Shown here piece after piece: positions 45,824 through 55,686 of a stretch of 64,000 bases of DNA. The DNA comes from Patescibacteria group bacterium (lineage in GTDB: Bacteria; Patescibacteriota; Patescibacteriia; UBA9934), in the NCBI GenBank assembly GCA_049296775.1, contig JBAQTB010000003.1, forward strand, positions 76,766 through 140,765, in the 5' to 3' direction. Positions within the stretch are counted from its first letter, which is position 1; each line of letters begins with the position of its first letter. The notes under the pieces are model-generated. The model ran no database searches. It was not told where the DNA came from and saw only the letters and a list, made by a program, of their open reading frames with translations. The position numbers and the translations under genes are program-made.

Positions 45824-47647
45824 TCAATCAACGGTCACGGCTTTGGCTAAGTTGCGGGGCTTGTCTGGATTGATGCCTTTCATGACGGCTAATTCATAGG
45901 CGATCATCTGCATCGGTACGGTGGCTAATAAGCCGGTTAAGCTGCCATCATTTGGGATGATGATGGTTTCGTGGGCGATATGTTCAGCTAGGCTAGGTTT
46001 ATCTGTGATGATGATTGTTCTAGCGCCTCTGGCTCTGACTTCTTCAGTCGCGGTGCGCATGTGATCAGCGTGTTCGTCATCTAAAATGACTAAGAGTACT
46101 GGCGTGTCCTGTTGGATTAAAGCGAATGGACCGTGTTTTAAGGCGCCACCTGGATAACCTTCGGCGTGCAGGTAAGTGATCTCTTTGATTTTGAGAGCGC
46201 CTTCTCTAGCAATCGCTTCACCGTAACCTTTGCCGAGGACGAACATGTGTTCAGCGGTGAGTAGGGTGGTTGCGACTTCTTTACAACGCTCGCGGAGCTT
46301 TAAGCTAGCTTCAAGATTGGTCGGCAGGCGACGGAGGTCATCTATAAGCTGACGGCGTCGGGCGAGTTCGCCGCCACGTTGTTCGGCAAACCAAATGGCG
46401 ATGAGTTCTAGGGCGGTGACTTGAGTCACAAAAGCTTTAGTGGAAGCCACGGCGCGTTCACGGCCAGCGTTTAAGTACACTCCGCACTGAGTACTTCTAG
46501 CAATCAAAGAACCAACGGCATTGATGACGGAGAACACGGGCAAGCCTAAATCTTGCCCCAGGATAACCGCGCGGTGTACATCTTTGGTTTCTCCAGATTG
46601 AGAAATCACTAACAAGCTCGCGTCCTTGCTGGGGAAATGTTGGGGTGTGAGTTCTGAGGCATCAACGACTTGTACCGTGTCAAAAGCGCGTAAGGCCCGC
46701 ATGGTGTGGGCGGCGTACAGGCCAGCGTGATATGACGTTCCGCACGCCACGATGACCAGATGTTTAATGCTGGCTAGTTCTGCTTTGCGAATTTCTAAGC
46801 CGCCTAATTTTACTTCGGTGTCATTTTTAAGTCTGGCACCGTGATTGAGTGTGCGGCGCACAGCTTCTGGTTGTTCTAGAATTTCTTTAATCGTCCAGTG
46901 CGGGAACGGGTCTGGAGAAATGGCGACAGTTTCCTCCGCGGCTTTTTCTAAGCGGGTTAAATCCAGGCCTTCGCGGTTGACTCTGACAATGGCGAGTTCT
47001 CCGTTTTGGAGAGCGATAAAGTCTCGGGTTGAGGTTCCAAAGGCGACCGGCTCTGAGGCGATGAACGCTTTGTCTTCCGCAATGCCGATCACAATTGGGC
47101 TGCCGTTTTTTGCTACGATGATGCCGTCTGGCAATAGCGGTGACAGAATCGCTAAGCCCCAGGTGCCTTCAAGTTGCTGCAAGGTGCGTTTGACGGCGGT
47201 GGTGAGGTCGAAACCATGATCTAGTTCTACGCCAATTAATTGCGCGATAACTTCTGTGTCAGTTTGTGAAGTAAATACGACACCGGTTTTTTGCAGCTGA
47301 TCTTTGAGGGTGGCGTAATTGGTGATGACGCCATTGTGAACCACGGCCACGCGGTGTTTGGCGTCCTGGTGCGGGTGAGCGTTGGCGTCGGTCTTGGCGC
47401 CGTGGGTGGCCCAACGTGTGTGGCCAATCCCGAGTGTATGGCCCACGTGCCGGCCGGCCGCTTGTTTAAGATGCGCAATGGCATCACCTTCGTCACCGCT
47501 GGCGAATTTGGTGAGGGTGAGTTCGTGAGTGGGGGAGAGGGTCGCAATGCCGGCGGAGTCGTAACCACGATTTTCTAAAATGGTTAGACCGTCAGTAATA
47601 TGATTGACAGCATCTTCTTTGCCAATAAAGCCGATAATTCCACACAT
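45824..47647 (-). CDS. glmS: Glutamine--fructose-6-phosphate aminotransferase
   Basis: MCGIIGFIGK N-terminal nucleophile, two SIS domains and a C-terminal ...KAVTVD. Confidence 0.9.
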   Translation of the reverse strand: MCGIIGFIGKEDAVNHITDGLTILENRGYDSAGIATLSPTHELTLTKFASGDEGDAIAHLKQAAGRHVGHTLGIGHTRWATHGAKTDANAHPHQDAKHRVAVVHNGVITNYATLKDQLQKTGVVFTSQTDTEVIAQLIGVELDHGFDLTTAVKRTLQQLEGTWGLAILSPLLPDGIIVAKNGSPIVIGIAEDKAFIASEPVAFGTSTRDFIALQNGELAIVRVNREGLDLTRLEKAAEETVAISPDPFPHWTIKEILEQPEAVRRTLNHGARLKNDTEVKLGGLEIRKAELASIKHLVIVACGTSYHAGLYAAHTMRALRAFDTVQVVDASELTPQHFPSKDASLLVISQSGETKDVHRAVILGQDLGLPVFSVINAVGSLIARSTQCGVYLNAGRERAVASTKAFVTQVTALELIAIWFAEQRGGELARRRQLIDDLRRLPTNLEASLKLRERCKEVATTLLTAEHMFVLGKGYGEAIAREGALKIKEITYLHAEGYPGGALKHGPFALIQQDTPVLLVILDDEHADHMRTATEEVRARGARTIIITDKPSLAEHIAHETIIIPNDGSLTGLLATVPMQMIAYELAVMKGINPDKPRNLAKAVTVD

Positions 47648-47730
47648 AATCTTGCAAATAAAGCATCAGACTAAAAAATTATACTCTGATAATTTAGCAA
47701 AGCAAGTAGTGTCTGGGGAAAGATTGACAG

Positions 47731-48144
47731 TTAGTCAAAATTGGGGGAGAGGGGTTTTCTGGATTTTTTGATTTGGCCGCGGAGTTTTTTATGCGCAAGC
47801 CGATTGAGGGTGGAGCTGTAGGGAGCCTTAGTTTTATATCTGGGTGTGGTTGGAGTCAGGGCATCGTTGACTAGTTGATTCAGGATTTCCTTGGCCCGGA
47901 GTTTGTTTTGAATTTGGGATCTGGTTTCGCTGCACTGAATAATTAATTCACCGGTGTTGGTGAGTTTAGACCTGAGCCGCTCTGAGACGATGAGTTTTTG
48001 CATCTCGTTCAAGACAACGGAATTATCTACGTGCCAACGAAGCTGAACTTTAGTTGAGGTTTTATTGACATTCTGACCGCCCGGGCCAGAGGCTCGGACA
48101 AAGTCAAAATTAAGTTCTGATTCAGGAATGTGAAGCATACACAA
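47731..48144 (-). CDS. arfB: Peptidyl-tRNA hydrolase ArfB (alternative ribosome rescue factor)
   Basis: GGQ motif (ASGPGGQNVNKTSTKV) and a basic C-terminal tail. Confidence 0.7.
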   Translation of the reverse strand: MCMLHIPESELNFDFVRASGPGGQNVNKTSTKVQLRWHVDNSVVLNEMQKLIVSERLRSKLTNTGELIIQCSETRSQIQNKLRAKEILNQLVNDALTPTTPRYKTKAPYSSTLNRLAHKKLRGQIKKSRKPLSPNFD

Positions 48145-48243
48145 AACAATTTTGCTTATAGTGTAATCTATCTTTCCCTAGCCACACAATTGTATAAAAA
48201 AGCACCGTCAGGGACGGTGCAGGAAGAGCTCTGATGTTTTGGA

Positions 48244-48891
48244 TTACCGGCCGACGCTGGCCAGTAACTCTTTGTGACTCGGCACGGGTAGATGCGTCCA
48301 CACGGCGTAGTCAGGCGTGAGCCCTTGTGCTCGTGTCAGAAGCCGGCGGACCAGGCTGGGCCGCAACCCGGGATTGAGGTGCAGCAGCGCAGCTGTAAAC
48401 AATTTCTCAGCTTGTAAATATTTGCCGTCCGGATCATCTGTTTGAATGTAGTGCCGGCGGCTGAGTTCTTCATGTTCGTAGGGAGCGCCTCTGTGGGCAC
48501 GGCGACCACAGGATTGCATGGGACCAAAATTCCAGATGATACGCGTGCCGCGTTCCACAGATCGGCAGACGTGTTTGGCTGCGTAGAACGCGGTGTGGGT
48601 GTCTTTAGGCCCGAGATCGATGAGCCAATCCGCTTGGTCCTTTTTTGACTCAGTGGCGTGATATTCGCCGTGTGTCACGTCGAGATTGACGTAGGCGTAC
48701 GGGGAGTAGAGCCTGGATGGGCCCGTGTAGGGCATGAGCCAGGTTTGTCGCCAAACACTGCGGTCTGGCTCAGACTCGAGCAACTGGTCGATACGGAGTA
48801 CCTCGCCCGTGAAGCCGGTACGATTGTCGATGTATGGCACCAGGATGCCACGTCGTGTAGTCAGCTCCCTGCGGAGTCGGTCGAAGATCAT
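48244..48891 (-). CDS. Hypothetical protein (high GC, about 58%)
   Basis: ORF only. A hairpin terminator (gcaccgtcagggacggtgc) lies at about 48196..48222. Confidence 0.35.
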   Translation of the reverse strand: MIFDRLRRELTTRRGILVPYIDNRTGFTGEVLRIDQLLESEPDRSVWRQTWLMPYTGPSRLYSPYAYVNLDVTHGEYHATESKKDQADWLIDLGPKDTHTAFYAAKHVCRSVERGTRIIWNFGPMQSCGRRAHRGAPYEHEELSRRHYIQTDDPDGKYLQAEKLFTAALLHLNPGLRPSLVRRLLTRAQGLTPDYAVWTHLPVPSHKELLASVGR

Positions 48892-49063
48892 TTTTTGCTC
48901 CTTTCAAAGGTCGTAAATACGACTCAGCAGCTTAGGCGAGGACAGCCTGTTTGTCAATTGATTTACAAGTTGCAAAAAATATGTCAGCCTTGACGGGCTT
49001 AGTTGATTTAATCGGGGGTGATTGGATCTTGACTGAGTAGTGTTTGTTGAGAGGGGGTGAGGG

Positions 49064-49324
49064 GTGAACTCTGAGCAGTATGTAGCTCCACGTAGCCCAG
49101 AGGAGGCCGTGGAATGGTATAAGCAGCTGTTGCTAAAGATGGAGGCTGACGAGCCTTCTTGGCAGAAATTCGTCAATTGCGAACTCGAGGGGGATCACGT
49201 GAGAGCTGCGCGGGTCTTGAGACAGCTCAGACTTGTCTCGCGCAACGCGGAGACCGAGACGTGTCAGTTTCTGATTTGGGCTCGAGCATCCGTGCGCGCT
49301 AACGGTACCTCCTACCTGGAGTAA
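49064..49324 (+). CDS. Hypothetical small protein
   Basis: ORF followed by a strong terminator at 49337..49378 (ccggtgacgtaactcttacgtcaccgg + T7). Confidence 0.3.
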   Translation: MNSEQYVAPRSPEEAVEWYKQLLLKMEADEPSWQKFVNCELEGDHVRAARVLRQLRLVSRNAETETCQFLIWARASVRANGTSYLE

Positions 49325-49336
49325 ACCGTCCGACTG

Positions 49337-49378
49337 GCCGGTGACGTAACTCTTACGTCACCGGTCGTTTCTTTTTTT
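49337..49378 (+). terminator. Rho-independent terminator
   Basis: Perfect 11-bp stem plus a poly-T tail. Confidence 0.7.
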
Positions 49379-49434
49379 AGTAAAATTTACAAAATGAAAC
49401 CACCAGGCGGACCTGGTGGCTAGACACGGGGGAG

Positions 49435-49902
49435 TCAAACTCGGCCGTGTTTGAAATAGTGCGCCATGCGCCTGATGTTTTCGGCAAACTTGGGACGATC
49501 TCTGGTTTCGTATTCATCCCACTTGGGGTAGCGTGTGACGAAGCCCCAAAGAGGGTGGCCAGTGTCTTTGGTTAGTGACACGCTCTCGTGATGAATGAAC
49601 GTTGGCTGGGCATTGGTATACCTCTCCAGCGTGCATTCGATTTCGATTGTGCTGTTCAGCGGCACGGTGTCAGGGACATGCTCCGTTAGCTCGATGCTGA
49701 TCGAGGTTTCGTCTGGGTCACTCGTATCGATGACCCAGCGGAGACACAAGTGCGCATTCACCATCTGGTACAGGGTGACGCGGTTCTTGCCGTCGTCCTT
49801 CACCAGTTGGCAAGCTGACGTTGTGTCGATCCCGGCTTGGACCAGGATTAGTTTGATCGCATCAACGAGCTCCCTGGCATCATTGTGTAGGGTATCATCC
49901 AT
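49435..49902 (-). CDS. Hypothetical protein
   Basis: ORF with a CCAGGAGGAATTC RBS. Preceded by leader-element copy B. Confidence 0.35.
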   Translation of the reverse strand: MDDTLHNDARELVDAIKLILVQAGIDTTSACQLVKDDGKNRVTLYQMVNAHLCLRWVIDTSDPDETSISIELTEHVPDTVPLNSTIEIECTLERYTNAQPTFIHHESVSLTKDTGHPLWGFVTRYPKWDEYETRDRPKFAENIRRMAHYFKHGRV

Positions 49903-49990
49903 GAATTCCTCCTGGCGTAATTGCCGATCAGTTATCGACTAATCAGCTTACAAAGACTTACGGCATGTGTCAATCAGTGGGTAGTTATTG

Positions 49991-50120
49991 GAGATTAAAG
50001 AGAAAAGAAGAAAGATTAAGGTGGTGACGAGCCTGATATCACGGTCCTTCGGTATTCACCTCAGGATGGTGAGTGCGATAAGGTGAAGAGATTAAAGAGG
50101 AAAGTCGAAAGATTAAAGTC
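49991..50120 (-). promoter_or_regulatory. Conserved leader element copy B (contains two tandem CT-rich core motifs, B1 49991..50021 and B2 50085..50120)
   Basis: The reverse complement of 49991..50072 matches 10157..10267, with 22/22 identity in the first hairpin and about 50 nt in the core. It is oriented toward the minus-strand gene starting at 49902. Confidence 0.5.
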
Positions 50121-50224
50121 GGACCATCCCGGGGCTACTACCTTGTCCTGTGAGAAGTTGAGGTGGTTTTTGCCTTAATTTTAGTGTAAACTTACTCAGG
50201 AATTGAGTTAATCTGTCTAAGACT

Positions 50225-50494
50225 GTGGAGTTGCATATGATTGAGTCAGAAACCCTGCGATCATTCCTTGGATACCTGCCTGTTCAACAGAGGAGCTGGA
50301 CTGTGATCATGTTAGAGCAATACCCAGAACTTCAGGCTGAATTTATCCAGAATGTCTTGGCAAAAATGGGGGCGTTACAAAGTGACAATCGTCAAGACTT
50401 GCAAACCTTGCAAAAGTCAGAGGCTAAGAAGTTGCAAGCCTTTGTTGATGAGTTGGCCAAGACTGAGCATCGCTTAAAACTGGCAAGTTTATGA
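50225..50494 (+). CDS. Hypothetical small protein
   Basis: ORF with an ATGA overlap to the next gene. Confidence 0.3.
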   Translation: MELHMIESETLRSFLGYLPVQQRSWTVIMLEQYPELQAEFIQNVLAKMGALQSDNRQDLQTLQKSEAKKLQAFVDELAKTEHRLKLASL

Positions 50495-52020
50495 TTTCCC
50501 CTGAAATGTACCGTGATTCGGCGGTTGATCGTGTGTCTGTAGCACCGACGGTTGAAACGCCGGTCCCAGTTGAGTCGGAGGGGGAGATTGGGGATTTGGT
50601 TAAAGAGTTGTTAGCGACTGAGGCAGGCTTTTCCGCTGCAGCTAAGGACGGTGTGTGGTCTTTTATGAAGGCCATGCGGGAGATGGGCGGGGAGGTGTTG
50701 CCAGATGCAACCAAAGCGGCTTTGTTTGGAATTTTACTCATGGGTTCAGAAACTGCCATTGCAGCCGAGATTGTTGGTGAGCCAGCAGATTCAACTGAGA
50801 TTGAGCAAGCGTTTGAGAATAGCGCCGCCCACGAGATGTCTCCAGAGTTACGCCGTCAGTTGGGGGAGATAATTCAAGCTGGCACCAGGATAAGATTGGT
50901 CAAACAGAGCGGTGACCGCCAAGATATTCAGATAAATTCTGTTGCCGACCTTGAAGCGGTGACCGGATTTGAGATTGATAGTAGTTCATGGATTGAATTC
51001 GTGACTGCCGACGATAATTACGACCCTTTGAATGATACGCGTAATTGGGAAGGCTGGGAGGAGCGAGAATTAGATGCAGGCAGTTACATTGGGTCTAAGA
51101 CAGCAGTTGATGAGTCTGGAGCAAGGGTCGAAGTTTATAGGAAAATTGGCAAATTTTACGGTTCTGACCAGTTTAGATTCATGCAAACTGTTATAGTGCA
51201 TCCGGAAATAGTTTTTGCATTACCCGGTGCAAGTGCCGAAACCCAATTAAGCGCGGATCTAACTGACTTTGGACTAGGCAAATTGGAAAACTTGGCGACA
51301 TACCAGGGCTTTGAAGCAATTGCAGATTTGGACGGAACGTATGTTTATACTGACGGTCAATATGAGGGTGAGTACACTGAATTACTTGAACCGTATACCA
51401 ATTCAATAGCGGCGGGTATCAGACATTCAACCGAGTTGTTTGGTTTGCAGCCAGATATTGTAAAAGAGATTTTTGTTCAAGATAGTATTGAGCGTAATGC
51501 TGCGGCACTTATTAGCGATACGGCTCCGGTGCTTATTTTTAATGATGAATTATTTAAGGCTTCAGCTGGATCTAAGATTGGTGATCCGGAGTATGGATTG
51601 CTGTCGATTCAAATTCAACAAGTCGCTGAACATGAAACCTTTCATGCGGTTGACGGCTTTATTGGTTTATCAAAAGATAAAGGTTGGCAAGAGGCATTCT
51701 ACGTTCTCTCCTCTGAGTATTTAAAGAGTGTGAGTGAATCTAATAGGGGAGGTATCGGCGGCCATGCTCAAGACAATCCCTATGAGTTTACGGCTTCACT
51801 TCTGAATGTTATTGATTGCAAGGATGAGGCTTGGATTACCGAGACGCAGCGGATGACAGATGAAGAAATTGTACTGTTTAAATACGCTTTGAGCGCGATG
51901 AGAGGCGCATTAAACAATAATCCCGCTGTTGGTGAAGATGCTCCAGTCAAGCGGCTTGTAAATGACCGGCTAGATTACATGCTCACTCTATCAACGAAAT
52001 ATGATCAAGTCTCTCCGTAG
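50491..52020 (+). CDS. Hypothetical protein with HExxH motif (possible zinc metallopeptidase)
   Basis: QQVAEHETFHAVDGF. There is no other recognisable domain. Confidence 0.35.
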   Translation: MISPEMYRDSAVDRVSVAPTVETPVPVESEGEIGDLVKELLATEAGFSAAAKDGVWSFMKAMREMGGEVLPDATKAALFGILLMGSETAIAAEIVGEPADSTEIEQAFENSAAHEMSPELRRQLGEIIQAGTRIRLVKQSGDRQDIQINSVADLEAVTGFEIDSSSWIEFVTADDNYDPLNDTRNWEGWEERELDAGSYIGSKTAVDESGARVEVYRKIGKFYGSDQFRFMQTVIVHPEIVFALPGASAETQLSADLTDFGLGKLENLATYQGFEAIADLDGTYVYTDGQYEGEYTELLEPYTNSIAAGIRHSTELFGLQPDIVKEIFVQDSIERNAAALISDTAPVLIFNDELFKASAGSKIGDPEYGLLSIQIQQVAEHETFHAVDGFIGLSKDKGWQEAFYVLSSEYLKSVSESNRGGIGGHAQDNPYEFTASLLNVIDCKDEAWITETQRMTDEEIVLFKYALSAMRGALNNNPAVGEDAPVKRLVNDRLDYMLTLSTKYDQVSP

Positions 52021-52053
52021 GCTTGTAATTATCTTTATTCTCTACAAATAAAA

Positions 52054-52135
52054 CAAAAAGCACCTGTACGGCAGTGAGCAGATGCTCTTTGCCACGCAGG
52101 TGCGTGAGGGGGTCTAGACGTCGGTCGGTGGTTTT
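52054..52135 (-). repeat. Terminator-hairpin repeat, family variant 1 (copy 1)
   Basis: aaaaagcacctgtacggcagtgagcagatgctctttgccacgcaggtgcgtgagggggtctagacgtcggtcgg is about 80 nt identical to 53074..53150. It overlaps the stop of the minus gene 52114..52329. Confidence 0.7.
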
Positions 52136-52329
52136 TTCAGCATGTGAATGTAGGACTGGCCGCCCATGAGCATTCCCCATGAGAAGGCAACCATTACGAG
52201 AAGCAGGGTGTACATCCATTTTTCCAGGATGGTTTCGCTGTACACAGCAGTCGTCGCCGTGGAGATCACTTGGACTGGTAGTAGGATTACGATCATCACC
52301 CACATTAGGATGCTATCTATATCCTTCAC
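52114..52329 (-). CDS. Small membrane protein (71 aa)
   Basis: Two TM helices. The C-terminal codons (KKPPTDV*) lie inside the repeat. Confidence 0.35.
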   Translation of the reverse strand: MKDIDSILMWVMIVILLPVQVISTATTAVYSETILEKWMYTLLLVMVAFSWGMLMGGQSYIHMLKKPPTDV

Positions 52330-52627
52330 GTTTACCTCCTAAGAGTGAGTTCAGTAGAGCGTTTCGAGCTCCACCATACGAATCCTGACAATAAAACATT
52401 CAGGACGTGTCACTATAGCATAAAACATGTCTTTGTCAATATAGAAACCCGAGGCTCCCATAGCGCACCTGAGTGCGGATAATGCTATGATTTGGGTATT
52501 AAGGAGAGTTATTTAGCTTGACAAAGACAGAAATTTTGCTATCTTTAGTTATATTCAGGAGAGTCACGTAAACCTTATCATTGAGACATTGTAAAGTTTA
52601 CGGGGTTCTTCTTCCCCGGGAGTAGTC

Positions 52628-52969
52628 ATGCGATTTATTGCGACGCTGTTCGTGGTCGTCGGCTGCGTCAAGCATGCCGATAGGATCGATCCGTACAAGG
52701 ATCTCTTTGTAGCCGTCACTGACGAGCCTGAGGTGAGCACGGCACCGACGGAAGCCGTCGATGATGCCGAGTCCGCGCCGGTCAGTCAAGACCAGACCGA
52801 GTACGGCGATTGCGACACCACGGTGATGCTGCCCGCAGATAACGCCGAGACTGAGGGTCTCGATGACTGCGGTTCCGGGCCGTACATCAGGCCTGCTGGT
52901 GACATGACCGCAAGACAGAAACGTAAAAGGCGCGATTCTTACAGAGACCTCTGGGTGAATATCCAGTAG
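52628..52969 (+). CDS. Putative lipoprotein, acidic
   Basis: LFVVVGC lipobox-like. About 58% GC. Confidence 0.35.
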   Translation: MRFIATLFVVVGCVKHADRIDPYKDLFVAVTDEPEVSTAPTEAVDDAESAPVSQDQTEYGDCDTTVMLPADNAETEGLDDCGSGPYIRPAGDMTARQKRKRRDSYRDLWVNIQ

Positions 52970-53073
52970 CCTACGAGCGCAACCTGCACCCGCGCGAGTC
53001 CAAGGAACACATTACTGTGTCTCCCAAAACTCGCCGGGTGCGTTTTTTATTTACACTTGATTTATTGTTGTTA

Positions 53074-53150
53074 AACAAAAAGCACCTGTACGGCAGTGAG
53101 CAGATGCTCTTTGCCACGCAGGTGCGTGAGGGGGTCTAGACGTCGGTCGG
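53074..53150 (-). repeat. Terminator-hairpin repeat, family variant 1 (copy 2)
   Basis: Near-identical to 52054..52135. It lies 30 nt downstream of the stop of 53185..53574. Confidence 0.7.
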
Positions 53151-53184
53151 CGGCGGTTGTACGCGCACGTTCGCTTATGGTCGA

Positions 53185-53574
53185 TCAGCGTTGCCACGTA
53201 TTACAGAAGATATTTGAACTCGCACAGACGAGTATGAGCGAGCGCTCATCGTAGGTGCCGATGTAGGTCAGCTCGCCGTCGCCAGTGCTGACTGCGTCGA
53301 AGACCTTGTACGCGGGGTAGTCCTTATGACGACAGTAGGCCAACTCGCGCAGCTCCTCAGGGTAGTCGTGAAGGCGACAATAGGCCGACTGGCGAGTGTC
53401 TACGATCAAGCATGGCTGGTAGCCCGATTCGTAGATGCCCTGACAAGTTTCCTTGTCCCCGTGCCATTGTTCCGAGACCATCTCAGCGCACACCTCTCTG
53501 GGGCTGTACCACAAGCCACCAAAGATACACGAGCCACAGCAGATAATGAAAATGCCAATGATCCACTTTTCCAT
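53185..53574 (-). CDS. Cys-rich small secreted protein (10 Cys)
   Basis: N-terminal hydrophobic signal, then C-x-C patterns. Confidence 0.4.
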   Translation of the reverse strand: MEKWIIGIFIICCGSCIFGGLWYSPREVCAEMVSEQWHGDKETCQGIYESGYQPCLIVDTRQSAYCRLHDYPEELRELAYCRHKDYPAYKVFDAVSTGDGELTYIGTYDERSLILVCASSNIFCNTWQR

Positions 53575-53733
53575 GAAACCTCCAATGGTGGGGTTGTGAA
53601 GAGCGACGTAAATGACGCCGTTCGACCAGGCAACGTACTCTTAGGTTTAGATTTTGTCAATGTTTACGTAGTGCCGTCAAAAAGAAAAGGGCCGCAACGG
53701 TGAGGTAGCGGCCCAGAGAGCTCCGTTAGAAGC

Positions 53734-54369
53734 TTAGGTAGACTGGCGTGCGCGGAACTCGCGTCCTTTGCCGAGGTCCATGTTGATTGGGATATTTTGC
53801 TCACAGAGCGGGCACGTGGATTCGTCGTAAGTGACGAGTTGCATGTTCAAGAGGGCGATGAGTTTGGGGACATCGGCCACGTCTGACGGCGTGACGTCTC
53901 CGCGGTTACACAGCACACCGAGACCGACGACGTGGCCACCGATGGCGCGTGTAGCTTCAATCACTTTTTTGGCGGAGCCGCCGGTGGTCAGGATATCCTC
54001 TACCACCAACACATTTTTGCCGGCGATGAGCTGGTCGTAGCCGCGCTTGATAATAAACGTTTTGCCATCTTCGGCTTTTTCGGCGTAGACCGCCAGGACT
54101 CGGTGGCCCAACATCTCGGTGAGGTGATGAGCTGTCCATTGGGACAGAATGACGCCACCAATAGCCGGTGCAATAACCACTTGCACCCGGTCGTCGGCGA
54201 ACTGTTCGGCGATGGCGCGGCAGAGCAGGGATGTTTCCTCGATATGAGGATAAATCGCGTCTTTGTTGACGTATGACGTACCGTGCCGGCCTGACGTGTA
54301 AACAATGTGGTCGCCCACAGTGAATGCACCAACTTTGCCAAGAATCTCCGTGACCTCGTGCTCAAGCAT
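53734..54369 (-). CDS. Type-I phosphoribosyltransferase, orotate-PRTase-like, with C-terminal CxxC extension
   Basis: PRPP-binding motif VLVVEDILTTGGSA. N-terminal FTVGDHIVYTSGRHGTSYVNK resembles the PyrE FTLKSGRKSPYFFN. C-terminal DESTCPLCEQN. Confidence 0.55.
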   Translation of the reverse strand: MLEHEVTEILGKVGAFTVGDHIVYTSGRHGTSYVNKDAIYPHIEETSLLCRAIAEQFADDRVQVVIAPAIGGVILSQWTAHHLTEMLGHRVLAVYAEKAEDGKTFIIKRGYDQLIAGKNVLVVEDILTTGGSAKKVIEATRAIGGHVVGLGVLCNRGDVTPSDVADVPKLIALLNMQLVTYDESTCPLCEQNIPINMDLGKGREFRARQST

Positions 54370-54487
54370 GACGTACCTCCGGTGTTGTCAACTCTAACAT
54401 TTAGATAAGAGGGAGGCGATTTTACAAAATCAAATCCAAAGCGTCAATGCTGAATAATTTACCATCGCGGTCAATTAAAACTTGTCA

Positions 54488-54555
54488 TAAAAAAAGAGCG
54501 CGTCCCATCGGTAGGCAGCCGAGGGACGGCTTGCTCTTGATGGTGACGCGCGAGA
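54488..54555 (-). repeat. Terminator-hairpin repeat, divergent family member
   Basis: aaaaaaagagcgcgtcccatcggtaggcagccgagggacggcttgctcttgatggtgacgcgcgag shares the A-run/GCGC stem/(t)cgg/ctctt/GCGCGAG architecture. Confidence 0.5.
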
Positions 54556-54557
54556 GT

Positions 54558-54812
54558 TCAATCGTTTGTCTTTGCGTAGCTACCGAGGATCATCATGGTT
54601 GAGAGAAATGACAGATGTGCTGCTGCGATGATTGTGAGTGGCTTGTTTGCGATAGACGAAGCGATCACGAACACGATGAGCGCAGCCACAGCACCGCTGA
54701 TACTCAATACCAATTTAATGAACCCGTGATTCATGCTGACTCCTTGAAAGTCGTACGAATTTGTTACGTAAGTGCAGCAATTCGACCGTGTAACGTATCC
54801 GCAAATTAGCAT
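54558..54812 (-). CDS. Small membrane protein (84 aa)
   Basis: Two TM helices. Confidence 0.3.
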   Translation of the reverse strand: MLICGYVTRSNCCTYVTNSYDFQGVSMNHGFIKLVLSISGAVAALIVFVIASSIANKPLTIIAAAHLSFLSTMMILGSYAKTND

Positions 54813-54910
54813 TTCGTCAATAGTTGCAAAATAGGTGTTGTGGAGTTTGTATAAACAACAAAACTGACCGCATGGGGCGGTCAGTTTTGAGGTATCTATT
54901 TGAAGATCGA

Positions 54911-55504
54911 TTAGAATGTTTTTAGATCAAAATTCAGTGTACGGAAGATTTGTAGCGCAGTTTCTTGCTCTGAAGCGGTGAGGTTACTACCGGATAATGA
55001 GAGTCGCTTGAGCTTTTGAATGCCAGAGATAAAAATCCCTGTTGCTCCATCGCCTGTAACTTTAGGGACAAATATTTTTGCAGTGTAACCGTTGATGATC
55101 TCGTCGGTGACGATATAGTTAGGGTTATCGTCTCCTGGAAATGAACTGGAATACATACCGTAATCAAACCTTAGACTGACGCCGTTGCCGACGAATTCGC
55201 CTACTTGTGAATCGTAGCCTTGTAGCGCATTGAATTTCCATCCAGGTGGTAATGAGACTCTGAAGACGCCAGTATCAATTATCTGCCAGCTAGTTGGCGT
55301 GGGGGAGTCATCCGAAGGAACGGTTGTAGTATCAGGTGTAGTTGGGATGTTTTCTGTGTCCTGATCAACCACGGGTACATTTGTATCCGTCACGACTGAC
55401 GATCGATCTGCCTGCTTTTGCCATACATAAATACCGCCAATTATAATAAGGGCAGTGATAGCAGCCGCTAGGACGATTTTTGACGTCTGTGATTGCATAA
55501 TCAA
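54911..55504 (-). CDS. Membrane-anchored/secreted hypothetical protein
   Basis: An N-terminal TM segment. A bidirectional hairpin terminator lies at 54858..54890. Confidence 0.4.
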   Translation of the reverse strand: MIMQSQTSKIVLAAAITALIIIGGIYVWQKQADRSSVVTDTNVPVVDQDTENIPTTPDTTTVPSDDSPTPTSWQIIDTGVFRVSLPPGWKFNALQGYDSQVGEFVGNGVSLRFDYGMYSSSFPGDDNPNYIVTDEIINGYTAKIFVPKVTGDGATGIFISGIQKLKRLSLSGSNLTASEQETALQIFRTLNFDLKTF

Positions 55505-55626
55505 GCTAATTAGGACTCAATTGAGCCTCTAAATTCTTACACCAAAATTGCCATTTTGTCAACACAAAATAGCCAAAAATAGCCAAAAATAGCTGTAAAT
55601 AGTGGTATTTTAGTGGGATAATTTTT

Positions 55627-55684
55627 AAAAAAAACGCACTCTACGGAACGCAAGCCGGATTGGCTCTTGTCCCGCGAGTGCGCT
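55627..55684 (-). repeat. Terminator-hairpin repeat, family variant 2 (copy 1, core only)
   Basis: aaaaaaaacgcactctacggaacgcaagccggattggctcttgtcccgcgagtgcgc ends 3 nt before the stop of 55687..56520. Confidence 0.7.
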
Positions 55685-55686
55685 AG

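Noticed and set aside
47648-47730. Possible glmS ribozyme in the 5' leader of glmS
   Set aside because: Only 83 nt separate glmS from the upstream arfB gene, which is too short for the roughly 170-nt ribozyme. No conserved glmS core sequence is visible.
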